Assembly (NCBI GenBank): GCA_050230475.1
Contig: JBFLGF010000039.1
Span: forward strand, 62,001-106,720
Direction: 5' to 3'
DNA: 44,720 nucleotides
Source: Ancylonema sp.
Lineage: Eukaryota
A model generated the notes under the pieces. That model was not told the DNA's origin and did no database searches. It was given only the letters and a program-made list of their open reading frames with translations. This document shows, piece by piece, positions 1 to 12,858 of this stretch. A program made the position numbers and the translations under genes. Position 1 is the first letter of the stretch; the number at the start of each line of letters is the position of its first letter.

Positions 1-859
1 CTTCAAATGAAACCCAAAATAGATCATAACCGTTATCAATCCTCGGGTCCGAGCCCACGAGCCCGCAGCCTCTAGGCACAGCTCTGGGCTTGCTGAGCTC
101 TGAGCCGGAGTCCAAAGACCGCTTTGGAATCCGGGCTCAGGTGAGCCCGGAGTCTCTGGGCTACAGGGTCCGGGCTATGGTATCTCGGCTGAGCACCGAG
201 CTCGCTAAGCTCCGAGCCTAGATTCCAAAGAGGTATTTGGCGTCCTGGCTCAATGAGTCCTGAGCTTCGTGGCCATAATCTGTTGTTGGTATTTTCAGCG
301 CATTTCAGAGCAGAGCATACTCGGCAGACCATAGCAAAAAAAAGAATTAAAAAAAAATGTAAAAAAATGTAGCATGCGTGTGGTGTTTTAGAGCAGAATA
401 TTGACAAGTATTGGCACATTTTAAAGCTATCGGTCGCCTTACCTCTAGGCATTGAAGAGCAGCAGGTGCGGTCATGTGATTTTGTCCATGGCCTACACCG
501 TCATACATCGCCTCCGACGTGGCCGCTATTTGTAGTGGGCTGGCCACACCAGCGGCTCGAGTGACTTGCGTCGTCAAATATTTTGTTGCGGGGACGTGTA
601 GATACATGGGCAGGAGGGCGAGGATCCGAGAGCGTCGTGCTGCGGGGACACGTTCACCGTGTCGCGCGTCCCTTGTAACGAGGTCCTGGCAGGGAGGATC
701 TCTGGAAGATTTTCGAACAGCGTGCAAAGCGGTCGACATCGTAGGCGAAGAAGGCAGCATCTGGGAAATAATGCGTACGGCTGTAAAAATATGACTTTGA
801 GTGAAGCGGAGTCGGTACAAGTTTCTTGATGCTTTCAGGTCCCAGCTGTTCACAAAACA

Positions 860-893
860 GAGTCTGCTGAGAGTCTGCTGAGAGTCTGCTGAG
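860..893 (+). repeat. 11-bp tandem repeat (GAGTCTGCTGA)x3
   Basis: Directly visible in the sequence. Confidence 0.85.
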
Positions 894-3800
894 AAATAAA
901 TGTAAGCAGTATTGAGCGTTGAATCGTAGACCAGCATAAAATTTGTGTTCTGCGAAGACGTCGATCAAGCGCTCTGAGAAGACGCGTGCGAGAAATTGCG
1001 GCCGCCTGTGGGGATTACGCGATCAGGCGTCTAGTGGAATGTGGTACCGCTAGGGAACGTGCCGAGAAACAACCTGACGGTATCTTCCCAACGGTAGGAC
1101 GGATATTTTGTTCGAGAATAATATCCTGTTCACACGCTCTGGTTTCGGAACGAGATCGCGCGGTGCCATGACGAGGGATTGCACGGAGCCTGTCAGGAAC
1201 CGGGAAAAGTGGAGGGGCGGGCCTTCGGCGAACTCTCCCCAGTCGAGCGGACAGGCCTCTCCGAGACGGAGCTGCCTTCGCAAGACGACAAACTTTTCGG
1301 AATTTAGGTGCTAATAATTTCAAGTTGGCGGCGATTGCGGACGTCCGTCCGATTCGATTCGCTTCGATAGACCGATATTTGTTATAGCGCGGGTGAACCA
1401 TGGCGGTGTCGGACATACCGATCAACGTTTTCACACCGAGGGGCCAATCACCGCCCAAATTCACGCACTGCGCCTTCCACGTGGCCGGGCGGGAGATGCC
1501 TATTCTTGCGCGGGACAAGTGGAGCGTTCTCCGATACAATTCTGCCATTTTCCCCCGCAATCCCACGTCTTCACTCCATATGCCTTTAGCACCTGTAGCA
1601 GGTTGCGAACTCCTGTATCTGCGCGAATCGTCCACTTTCCTTGATCAATCCAAAGAGAAGACAGATTGACCGTGCCGTTCCATTTATCGTGCCAAGAGTA
1701 ATTTCCGTAATTTAGGCCAACCAGAGTCCATTAGGCCAGGAGTCAGAGTCCGGGACCAGAGTCCTCCCGAGCTCTAACACAGAAGCCTGCAAACCGAATC
1801 TTTGGTCCACGCAGCAGGAGCGGAACCCCTCCCAAAGTGGTAAGCAAAACATGAACGGACCCTCTTTTCACGAAATCTTCCCATGCTCACTTCCTCGGAA
1901 CCAACAATATTTCAGGTACATGAACGCGAGACTTTCTGCATGGAAAAGGAACGGTATCTAAAAATCGACTGAAACAACTTTGTCCAGGGTGCATACGTGG
2001 GAAAGATCCAGGCGTGCAGTTTCGACGGCAGCCTCCCCTTTCTTCTGTCTCTGAGTGTAGTTTTTCTCACACATTCCAAATACACACATCCATGTATCTG
2101 GGAGGGAGTTGTAGGACCGTATCCAAACCCGTGGACAGTGAGCTATACACTCGACTGAATATTATTATATTTATTTCACTTCCCCCCTCTCCCCATCTAC
2201 CTTCTCAGAGGAGGAGGTGCCTTGCCGTCACACATATCTTTTTTATTTCAAAGTCCGTCACTGCCAGGTCATCCGTGGAGGGTGGATGATGGATGCTGAC
2301 GTGTTGGTCTGGAATTGGGTTTTGGGACAGGGCACATCGCCTGCAAGTACCTGTGGCCTGGGTACGGGTCACGGGTGCCAGATGGTCAACCGGTGGTCCT
2401 CTGTACCTGAGTCTGTGTTACTCGGTAGTTTCATTGGGGGGCGGTGCCTTGCGTGATTCTATTCCGTCTGGATACGGGAGGGGGCCCCTTCCACCTTTCC
2501 CACTTTCCATCTTTCCATCTTTCTTTCTTGCTTTCGTGGGTTCTTTTTTTTCCGTAGGTTGTGGTGAACAGCTGTTTGATGGCGCACATGACTTACTGCA
2601 TGTGAGTTCTGACAGGTGAGTTCTGCCGTGTTTATGGGGATTCTGCCGATCCTAACACTTGTGGCATTTCTTCCATTTCGGCCATTTCCGCCAGGCTGCC
2701 TGCCTTGCTGTTCGTGGCCTCGATTCTGCGAATTCGTGTTTTTGCTCTATGTCGTTTTGCCATTCCTGGCAGTATGCTATTCTGCTAGTTAACTGTTTTG
2801 CCATTGTGACATTTCGCCATTTCGCTCTTTAGCCCATTTCTATGACGTATTAACAATTGAGTCTTGCCGTGATGGCTATCGCATTCCCGCTTTGGCTTCA
2901 AAATACATTAGAAGTATGAGAGATTGACATTAGCGATGTGCGCGAAGAACGGATACAACACCCTCTAGCGTAGCTGTTTTATTGCAACGAAAAAAAAAAA
3001 ATTGAGTGTATCAATTTGTGGAAAAGTTCATGGGAAGATTGTATGGGGAGAGATGTAGGATACTTTAAGTAGAACGAACGGTCTGCGCAACTTGTAGCTG
3101 AATTCGCATGCATTTTAGTTACATGTCGTTTATGGCATTGTTATGTTTCTTGCCACAGCCTACTTGCTGTCGAAGTAGCACAACTACGTGATTTGGCGAA
3201 AGGTACAACGTGACAAAAATGTGTACTTTTATGCACAACAACACGTTGAAGTAGACGAAGACGTACTCCAGTAGACGTATGTTGATTAAATGCAGGAGGA
3301 ACACCATATTGTGAGGGGTTCAATTTTCATTCTTGTAATCATTTATGCGTTGCACAGCTTGTGGCTTTGGAATGGGGGCTTTGTGGCTTTGTTTTCGTCA
3401 ACGGCTTTGTCATGACATCTCAATTTTAGAAGATCCTAATTGGAGCACGTGTTACAATATTGAGACGCTCGGTTTTGCGATGCAGTACATCCCAAACAAC
3501 CCAATCAACGACTCTCCGAGTTGCTAGAAACCTGTGAATATGACCACAAGCACTATCTCTGAGCTTGACGAAGGAATTAAAAACCTTTATAACTTCAATT
3601 TTTTTTTTTTTCAAAAAAAGGAGACCATTGCTGGATTCCCCGAACCACATAGTCCCGCATTGGACCAGATGCGCTAGATTCCTAGTCATTCCGGGGCAAA
3701 CAAGTTTCCACCCCCTCTCCTTGGCCCCTCTTTCGAAATAAAATTTCCCGGGTTGCGAATTATATATGTATGATTGGACATGGTGTGCTACAAAAGCACT

Positions 3801-4165
3801 TCGAAACGGGAAGGGTGAAGGTTGTCGAAGGTTACACGTGCATTGTCTTTACACACAAAAATCAATCATAATGCACATAAACGTTTACATGCACGCACTT
3901 GACAACAACATACACAACCACACACACCTTACACATCAACTTCATCATCCTTTCGTTGTATTTCACTACACACGGACACACTTTTGTGCAAACCTTAGTG
4001 AACATGAGGGATACACGATCGGTGTCGTTTTTTTGGCGAATGATATCATAATCGGAAGAATTCGAAGAGACTGCGAAGGTGGTTACTACATTAACATTAT
4101 CCACATTCCCCTGGTTGTTTTTTTTTGGCTTTGTCGAACCTTATGAGAGGTGAAGTGCTTGGGGC

Positions 4166-5572
4166 TAGGGTTGGTGACACCGCATTTCCGGCCCGCGGAA
4201 GGGGGTTTCTACCCGGTACTTACTCCCTACCGCGTTCCTACCGATTTTGGTGCCCAGCCCGGCTGGGCATCGGAAGGGACTAGGGCAGCGGTAGGCGGTA
4301 GGAACATCGGTAGGGAGACGGTAGGGAGCGGTAGGAAACGGTAGTTTTTTTTATTATCGCATGAATTGAAAGGCATCAAAGGCATCTTGGATGAATGTGT
4401 CACACAAAGTAGACAAGTGTGCGTCCTTGTCGTTAGCTTCGTGTTATTTTTATATTAAGTTTATAATGAATATGTGAAACCAAAGTATCGTAGCTCGTGG
4501 AAGACACGCGAAATTATCCTTACATCATTTGACGCCTTTCCCTTTTCGATTTATGAACAGCTTAATAAATATGAAATTTTGGAGTTGATACGTGATTGGT
4601 GTGCGACACTGAATGTTGAACGTTCCGTACGATTGACTACGTCTCTCAGAGCTCATCAATGACAATTTTCGTGTTGGAATGATCATATTGAATGGTCGGC
4701 ATTGGGTAGGTAAAACCACGATGCCTCGTACAAAGCGAGAATCACAAAATGTGTCGACGGTCGGATCTACTGACCGTCGGCCTATCACAACTCAACAACA
4801 GTTATATATGTCAACGGCACATGCCGGACAGTTTGACAAGATATGACGTCTAGATGCGGAACCATCTAGACCACACATGCCATAAACGGCACAATCGAAA
4901 CGTCATGTTCGGGTGCCCGGACATAGGTCCGGCCCCTCAATACAAGCACACCCTAGGAATCCTACCGGTTACACTAACCGGTAGACCGGAGTAGCACACT
5001 ACCAAGCATGGCTATCCGATATAGTTCCTACATGAGACCGGGCATTGCATCAATTAGTCGGGCCAATAAATTACAACAACTATGTATAGGATAACCCGTC
5101 GCAATTAAAAGATATAGTCTCGATTGATAAGTCTCTTAATAAACATTTTTTACCGGTCTGAGATCTAGACTAGGTCTCCAGACTGGTGGTCTCGACCTTC
5201 GGCGAGTGTAGTTACCAACAAACCTCTAGAAAGTGATCATCAATACTTCAGCCCGGTCCCGCCGACGTGTTTATGGATAATGTACGGCATCCGTATGTAT
5301 CCGTACACAATATTTGTTGAAGGTTTACGTTCTACGGGTTTAGGTTTTCAGAAATCCGACGAAACCGAAAAAACCGAAAAACAACCCGAAATACTATTCG
5401 ATTTACTACCGATCCCTACCGATCCTTATCGGTTCCTCCCTACCGCTCTACCCACTACCGAGCCCACTGCGAATGGGCAAAAGTCCCTACCCCCCAGTGC
5501 ATGTCTGGGCATCGGTAGCTATCGCAGTGGGACGGTTGGGATTAGGGCGGAAGGACGGTGTCGCCAACCCTA
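4166..5572. mobile_element. Non-autonomous hAT element (family A)
   Basis: TIRs TAGGGTTGGTGACACCG / CGGTGTCGCCAACCCTA; 8-bp TSD CTTGGGGC / CTCGGGGC (7 of 8 match); subterminal CGGTAG/CTACCG repeats at both ends. Confidence 0.88.
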
Positions 5573-7990
5573 CTCGGGGCACACAAATGGCATATTCATT
5601 TTGATACGTAGTCATTTTCGATTGATTTTCCGGCGGGGACGTCAGGGTTCGGGGCCAACAGTGGACGAGAAGATGGCGCTACGTATGATTAATTGCACGT
5701 GGGCGTAAAATAGAGCAAGACCCAACATATCTTACATGTTATGAAAAAATAACGAATTCCCGCTTGTAACTCCGTCATGAATGATACACGCATGATTAGT
5801 TTGTGCGTGCATTCGATTGCGATTGTGTGAACATAAATGAAATATTATGGGTGTCTTTATAATGGGATTGTGTCCATCAGCAATACAATTATTTAGTTGC
5901 CGTCATCCATTCAAATTGAATGGTTAAAATTATTGCATGCTCCAGTTGTCTCCGTTATTGAAGATATGTGTATCGTATTGGACAAAGGTATAATCCTCTA
6001 AGAGCGGGTTGGGTCGAATGAGTAAAAATCGTTGTTGTGGGGGTGGGACACGCATTAATATGCGAATTGCACTTAAAAGTGAATCAGTATTCTAAAAATA
6101 GACTTTCTCCATTACCTACTCATCTAAAATTAAACGCTACCACCTACCACCTAACCTATCATCTAATATTTGTGTGGTTGAACCCCGGTCGCCCGCGATT
6201 CTGTTGTGGCCCGGCAGTGGCTAAATCGATCGTCATCGGTGTGTTATTGCAAGTTTTCGTATCGCGTTTAAGCAATTTAGCATTGTAATGTAGAGTTGGG
6301 GTGGGAGGGGAGTGTGAAAAGAAGATGTCGCGTTGAATTTAGAAGGATACTTTGTCGTGTACAGTACATATAACCGTCAAAACAATGTTTTATATGCCAT
6401 ATAAGTCATGAACACCTATACTTTCAAGGAGTACAAACCCTATTTCACCATTTCCAAAATATTATACATGAAAGTTTGTCTTTCCCAATTGGATGGGATA
6501 ATATTACGATCGAGGTCCTGAATATTTGTTTTCCATGCAATCCATGCAAGATGCTAGTCTTCTCAACGGCCTCTTTCGAGCACCACCGAATAATCTTCTT
6601 GCCTGACACTCCAACTTCTAGTCGGCATCTTCTTTTTGTTCACATATTGTTACTTTCAAAGCATTCTCCTTTATTTCTTTCGGTTTTTTGGGGTATGTAT
6701 AGCTTTTAAGAGACCGCTTTTCATGACGATTAGCGACTACGTTTAACAATGCATCTTAGGATCAACATTGTGTCTAGTTGTGACAGTCTGCTAGAGGGTT
6801 GAAATCCAGAGCGGACACCTCCCTCCGCTTCTTTCAACCGCGGGTTTGAGCAATTACGATACTCTGATTGGTACGATACTAGTGCGGTATGGTACGCGTA
6901 GTTGTGGCGTGGGTCAGTATGCTTGCTGTGTCACGGTGAAGAAACTACTATTTATTTTTTTGCGAAGTACTCTAACACTCAAATATTTTTGTGCAGCTTT
7001 TTTTGACTTGGTTACCTTTTTTTGCGGATCGATTTTGTTTGTTCCTAATGTGTTGGTTCACTTGGTCTTCTCCATCACTTGAGGGGGAGGGGCTCAAACC
7101 TTTATCGCCTATGAATTGATGAGTTGGGTAGGATGCCTTGTTGTGTGTTTCTTAAATTGATTAGAGGATGCTTATGTGCGAGGGGGTAGATGTGTACGAT
7201 TAGAGTCTATACGTCAGATGTCGTAGTATTTGGCATCGCTCGATGAAATGCGGACTTTGAGCCGCTATAATCAGCCTTGTGTGTAAAGGGGGAACGGACA
7301 TACCAGAGCTCTCACTAAAAGAAGTAGCCCGACGAACCTTCCGCGGTCCATTCGGGATAGGAGTGATGCGATTGGTGCTCATAGGCTGACGCGTCATTTG
7401 TAAGATCTTGAGGTCAGAGTATGAGGACATGCTAATCGTTACGCGTGCGGTAGCCCAAGTAAGAGTTCAAAGCAATGCGGCGCCGCATTTTTGCGTGCTT
7501 GTTGGTTCCCTCCGTTTTTGTTGTCTTAAGGTGTCTCGACGCCTTGCCTTGAATTTTGGCCGAGTATTTTCGTGCTTCACCTTTGCACTTTTCGTCATTG
7601 AGAGGTACCAATACCTTTTTTTTCTAACGCACTTGTATTTTAACATAGCGTGTGTGACAACCAAACGTCATTCCGCGCCGTGGCTATTGCTTGAAAAACT
7701 TTGGGCAGATGACGTGACGAGTGGGGTAGGAGGATGCATTGCCATGTATGAATACATACATAGGCTGCCCCCCAACCGCCTAACGCACAATCGCATACCG
7801 CATACGAGCGGCGTCAACCGTACCCGGGTCATCCCCGGCCGGGACCGTAACGCACACTCGTGCCGACGTGCGATCTATAATGATGCCGACAAAGATGTAT
7901 GGCGTCTCTTAAAGGCGTCTCACTAAAATATGGGAGCCACACTTTCCTACAAATCACCATATGAGCGAAATCGACAATAACTCCGCATTA

Positions 7991-9115
7991 GAACATAGCT
8001 TATGGGACTGCAGATTCGCCGAGTTTGGTTGGGGAGAAATGTACGCGAATTGTATTGCTTTTCCGGAATCCCCAACCTGAAATACGTGAATTTGTATTGT
8101 CTGCCTCCTCGTACTACTTATGAGAGCTCCGCCTATCTCCGGATTCCGTGCCACGGTGGCATAAAATGAAGCATCGGACCTGGATCAATCAATGGCGTTT
8201 GACATATCGGACGGTGAAAAATAACATTCCGGACCGATATACCGTACTGGCCAAATTTAATACCCCACCCTTTTTCCCAAACAATATCTTAATTCTTACT
8301 CCACCCCCTTACCCCAGCCAAAAACAATTAGTTATCGCGACCCCACGGCCTTCCCCCAGCCCACGTTTCTAGCGAATAAATACATAACCCCATCGACTTC
8401 ATACCCAAATCCGGCATATAGTTTTTTATTTATTTTCAGACCCTAAATGTACAGAATCATAGCCCATCGATCGAGCAAAGCTTGTAATACGTGACAACTG
8501 GGCATCGAATCTGAGAACTGGGCATCTGAGAATCGTGAACCCGGCACAAATCCCGGTTATTTAAAACTTGCCGCCGCTTTTACCCCGGCTGTCATAATTT
8601 TAGGATAATACCCCACAAGTCCCTAAAAACGAATAACCGAAGCTACTTGATACCCCAACATCGAAGATATTGATTTAATCTCCTTGCCCCACCCCAACCA
8701 CAAATAATTGATTAGTGGGGTATGAAAGCTGACCTGTACGGTACCGCGTCCAACTCGTCACACTCGAAGTTGCTTAGATTGTGTAGATACTCGCGGGAAT
8801 AAATGGGTCCTATTGGGTGCGGGAGCAGCGCAACTTCAATTTGGGCGTACGGACAACGTCTTTTTTCGAATGGTCGTTGTGCTGTGATTGGCTTACAAAT
8901 CCCCACTAGAAATCCTTATAGTGATTTTCCTGAGGATTCAGGCCCCAAATCCTGAGGAAAACCACTTTGACGATTTCCAAATTGGATTTTCAAATCACTT
9001 TAGTTCCGATAAGCAACGATTTGACGATTTATTTTCATGTTAGTCGGGAATTCGATTGATTTATGGGGTCTCCCGAACCAAAGTCGACGAATCCTCAGTC
9101 CCATAAGCTATGCTC
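7991..9115. mobile_element. PIF/Harbinger (Tourist-like) MITE, longer copy
   Basis: About 45-bp TIRs (GA[A/G]CATAGCTTATGGGACTG..GATTCG..GA.TTTGGTT) flanked by TTA on both sides. Inverted homolog of 39455-40087 with about 500 bp of extra internal sequence. Confidence 0.88.
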
Positions 9116-9299
9116 TTACGGCGGATTTTTCGGAGGGGTATACCGGCCGCTGGCTCCGCCTCCCATTCCGCCCCCTACCGTGCCCCAACCGGATACTTTT
9201 CGCCCAGGGCGGAGCCATGCCCCCCATTTCCCCTTCTCCCCTTCCCGATCGGCTCCGCCACAACGGCCAGTGAAATGGTGGTGGTATAAATCGGAGTTC

Positions 9300-9632
9300 A
9301 AGTACATGAGTTGATAGGAATGCTCTAAGGTCATTCCTATGGACTATATATAGTAAACTGGCTCAAGTCTGAATCAAGACTACAAGTGGGATAACTCACT
9401 CTGAATACGTCTGAATACGGTATGGACACATCAAGTCTGGCTAACGGCACAACTGCCTGAGCTAAAGACACCTCAGAATACTCCCTAGGGGCCAGGCGGC
9501 CGCTAGGGACACAACTCTCACTATATAGGGACATAGGGAAAAGTGAGCTAGTAGCGCTCTAGCGCTAAGTGTGGAGACCTCGCTAGGGAGCCCTAGTGAC
9601 TGTAGCGAGGATCCTAACAGTACCCCCCCCTC
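9300..9632 (-). mobile_element. Polypurine tract and start of the 3' LTR of the chromovirus
   Basis: On the minus strand the pol stop TGA is followed directly by GGGGGGGG-TAC-TGTTAGGATCC, with the LTR starting TG at 9619. The distal LTR end is not identifiable, so 9300 is approximate. Confidence 0.75.
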
Positions 9633-11290
9633 AAGGCGCGGAACGCAAAGAGGGAGGCGGTGAAGGCCGATCGTGAAATGTGGCATGGAAATCCGCGACC
9701 GCGTCAGCAGCATTGCCCATGTTGTTGGCAGGTTCCCAAGAGCGCTCAGATTCATCGAACCCGACCCAATCCACGTAGTAAATGATCTTGTCACGTACGA
9801 TCTTGGAATCGAGGACCGTGGCCACCTCATGCTCAGGCTCGCCGTCCACCATGACCGGAGGAGGAGGCGCCACAACACGGCCTGAGAACGTATTGGCATT
9901 GTGTGGCTCGAGGAGGCTGACGTGGAAGACGGGATGGATTTTGACGGAGGACGGCAGCTCCAAACGGTAAGCCGATGTCCCGATCTGGCCAATCACCGGG
10001 AGGAGGGAAAGGGCCCAGACGACGGACATCCGACGGACATCTAATTTTGACGACGGACGGGTGGAGCCGACGTGGCGTCGTAACAGCCAAACGTTCTGGC
10101 CTGGGACGAGAATCGGGGCAGATTTGCGTTTGCGATTGGCAGACGTCTCCATGGCGCGCTGAGATTGGCGGAGCGCCGCCTCAGCGTCGTGGATATTTTC
10201 GACGAAATCGTCAGCCGCAGGGGGTGGGGAATCGGGGGTGGGGGGAAGCAGCGACATTCGCGGGTGGAACCCGTAGTTGGCGAAGAACGGGGAGAGGGTA
10301 TGGTGGCGGAATGCTTTGAGTTGTTATAAGCAAACTCCGCCATCGGCAAAAGTCTTGCCCAATCAGACTGCTGGTAGTCGATGTAAATACGCAGGTATTG
10401 CTCCAAGACTGAGTTGAGGCGCTCCGTCTGGCCATCCGTCTGCGGGTGGAAAGCAGTGGAGCGGTTGGCATGGATGCTAAGCAGCTCTAGCAGCCGACGC
10501 CAAAAATAGATGGTGAAGATGGGATCGCAGTCGCTGATGAGGCTAGACGGCAACCCGTGCAGGCGCACCACCTGCTCGATAAACACTGCAGCGACCTCAG
10601 GTGTCGCCATGGATTTGGTGGTTGGAATGAAGTGCGCTTGTTTGGTGAGCTGGTCCACCACCACCAGTATAGCATCGTGGTAGTCGCTAGGAGGGAGGTC
10701 GGTAATCCAGTCGAGGGACACGCTAGACCAGGGCTGCTCAGGGAATAGGTAGGGGGGATAGGAGGCCATATGGCGCGTGAGGCACCGGCTTGTTCCGGGC
10801 GCAAACGTCGCATGTGCGCACGTAGTCTTCCACCGCCTTAGATAGTCCCGGCCAGTAAAAATACTGGGCCAGCAGCGCATGCGTCCGTGCCGTCCCGAAG
10901 TGGCCGGCCATGGGCGCATCGTGATACTGCTTTAGAATTTCGAGTATGAGGAGAGCAGCAGTAGGGGGAATTGCCAGGCGCCCGCTGCGGTAAAGTAGGC
11001 CTCACGGAGTGTGTAGAGGGATATGATGACGTGCCTGAGGGTGGTCTCAGGTATGATTCCTAAGCAAGTCTGTTTAGCAGGTCCGTAGCAATAGCTTGGA
11101 GAGCGGGGTCCGCCAGCTAAGCCTCCTTGATGGTAGGTAGGAGTGGGTCAGACGGGGACAGGAGGATAGCTACAGCGCGTAGAGGGGGAATAGGCAGAAT
11201 AGCTGCATCGGGACGGTTAGGGTGGGGGGACTGGGCCGGCGGCAAGTAGTCAGGTTTGCGGGAGAGGGCGTCCGGCTTGCCATTGCTGGA
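9631..11290 (-). pseudogene. Decayed pol 3' part of a Ty3/Gypsy chromovirus (end of RNase H, integrase, chromodomain)
   Basis: NGKPDALSRKPDY (RNase H end); HDAPMAGHFG..CDVC zinc-binding region; core PWSSVSLDWITDLP..VVVDQLTK..GQTERLNSVLEQYLR; HPVFHVSLL; chromodomain EHEVATVLDSK..YYVDWVGFDESERSWEP. The frame is broken by several frameshifts, including an 11-bp duplication at 10020-10041. Confidence 0.95.
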
Positions 11291-11317
11291 CAAGCCCACA
11301 GTGTCTAGGCACGCTTC

Positions 11318-11690
11318 AGTGCTCCATTGGAAACTCTTATCGATCAAGGTCCCGGAATTTATGGGAGAATTTCAAACCCTCCTGACACAACATAGCATCA
11401 CACATCGCATGGCGTCTCGAGAACATCCCTAAGCCGACGGCCTTGCAATACGAATGGTACAAACCATGAAATCTGGACCACGCAAAACATTTCTCACCAT
11501 CGCGATGATTGGGATTTATTCCTATCATACGTTGCCGTGGGATTCCGCATGACTTTACAATCATTTTCGGGTTATTCCCCTTACTATTTACTCTATGCAA
11601 GACAACCCATCTTCCAAGCACGAATCCAACATCAAGAACATGTGCCGCTTTCCGCATCAAATAGCGAAATACTAAAAATCATTATCAACC
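11318..11690 (+). pseudogene. Integrase core fragment of a second, different Gypsy-like element
   Basis: Manual translation: SAPLETLIDQG/EFMGEFQTLLTQHSITHRMASREHP*ADGLAIRMVQTMK ... GFRMTLQSFSGYSPYYLLYARQP. It contains a stop and frameshifts and lies in the opposite orientation to the chromovirus. Confidence 0.85.
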
Positions 11691-12858
11691 GGGGAAAATT
11701 GAAATTGTCCGAAAGAAAAATCGAAATTGTCCTACTACCGCGGGTCCGGCATTTTGGCCTAAAAGGACGGACCACGGTCCGGAACCGGGACCTCGGAACC
11801 CCGGTCCGCCAGTCCGTGCAATTGTGTTGTTGTGGTATCGGCGATTTTGGCGAATTACGATCCATAATGCGCTAGGTTATAAAAAAACTACTACTAGTCA
11901 AGATTGGTGCACATATAAACATAATATGCGCCCACAAGTTCCAAGCACTACCGTGAACTCCTTTCACACCCTGCCGAAAACACAATAAAAGTAAATTAGA
12001 CCAGCTTTCGGCGCTGACTAGTACACTAGACAACGTTGTTCAACATCATCGGAATACTTTGATATTGACAAAAAGGCTGAGTAGGTGCAATTCAAGTGGC
12101 ACACTGTATCTTGGCCCTAAATTGGCGCGTAGGAAAAGCAGAAATACGGACTTGCAATACACGCGATTGCTAAGGGTGGCTTGAACAAGTGCACTACTTT
12201 AATGTGATAGAGCGAATTGAGACAAGTCTAGGTTGTTAGGTAACACGTGATGACCGTGGGAGAAGGGTCTACTTGGCATCCTTGGCAAAATCGTGTGCGG
12301 AATTCAAGTGAAGTGTCACTTGTGTCTCTCATAGTACATGAGCTCACGGCCTTCCGAAGTCGCGGGCTCACAAGCATTCCGGCTCAAGTGGTTCCCGATC
12401 ATAGTCTCTATGTACACTATATATTCAAGAGACCATTCTAACCATAAAGTGTGGTGAAAGCGGGTGAGGACGGATAATTACGGCTAGTCACTGCGTAACA
12501 AAAAACTTTCGAAAACCACGTCAATGTGTATGTGATGCGCGAGAACCATTTTTTTTTGGTCTCAAGAAAATGACACCAATTGAAAAGCGAAAAAAAACCA
12601 CAGTTTTTATAACAAAGTTTTGTCTTTGATAAGCATCTCAAATGTTGTTACTAAATACTCAACACATTACTAAATACATACTCACATCAATATAAAAATA
12701 ACATTGCCATCTTCATATAATTTCAAATGTATAAACTCCACTGTAAAATTCAAATAATAAACTATTGTACAACTCTAGTTCCTCTCACCCCTCACCCCTC
12801 CCTCCCTTCAAAATGTCTTTCCTAAAATGTATTTTCACCCCCTTTTCGCCACTCGTGT

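Noticed and set aside
3119..3700. Possible hAT transposase remnants (for example ATSTAS)
   Set aside because: Too short and degenerate to support without a search.
6780..7930. Short inverted repeats (GGTTGAAA/TTTCAACC, GGTTTGAGC/GCTCAAACC) and the 172-aa ORF at 7408-7926
   Set aside because: No TSD, no second copy in the window and no protein motif, so no element could be defined.
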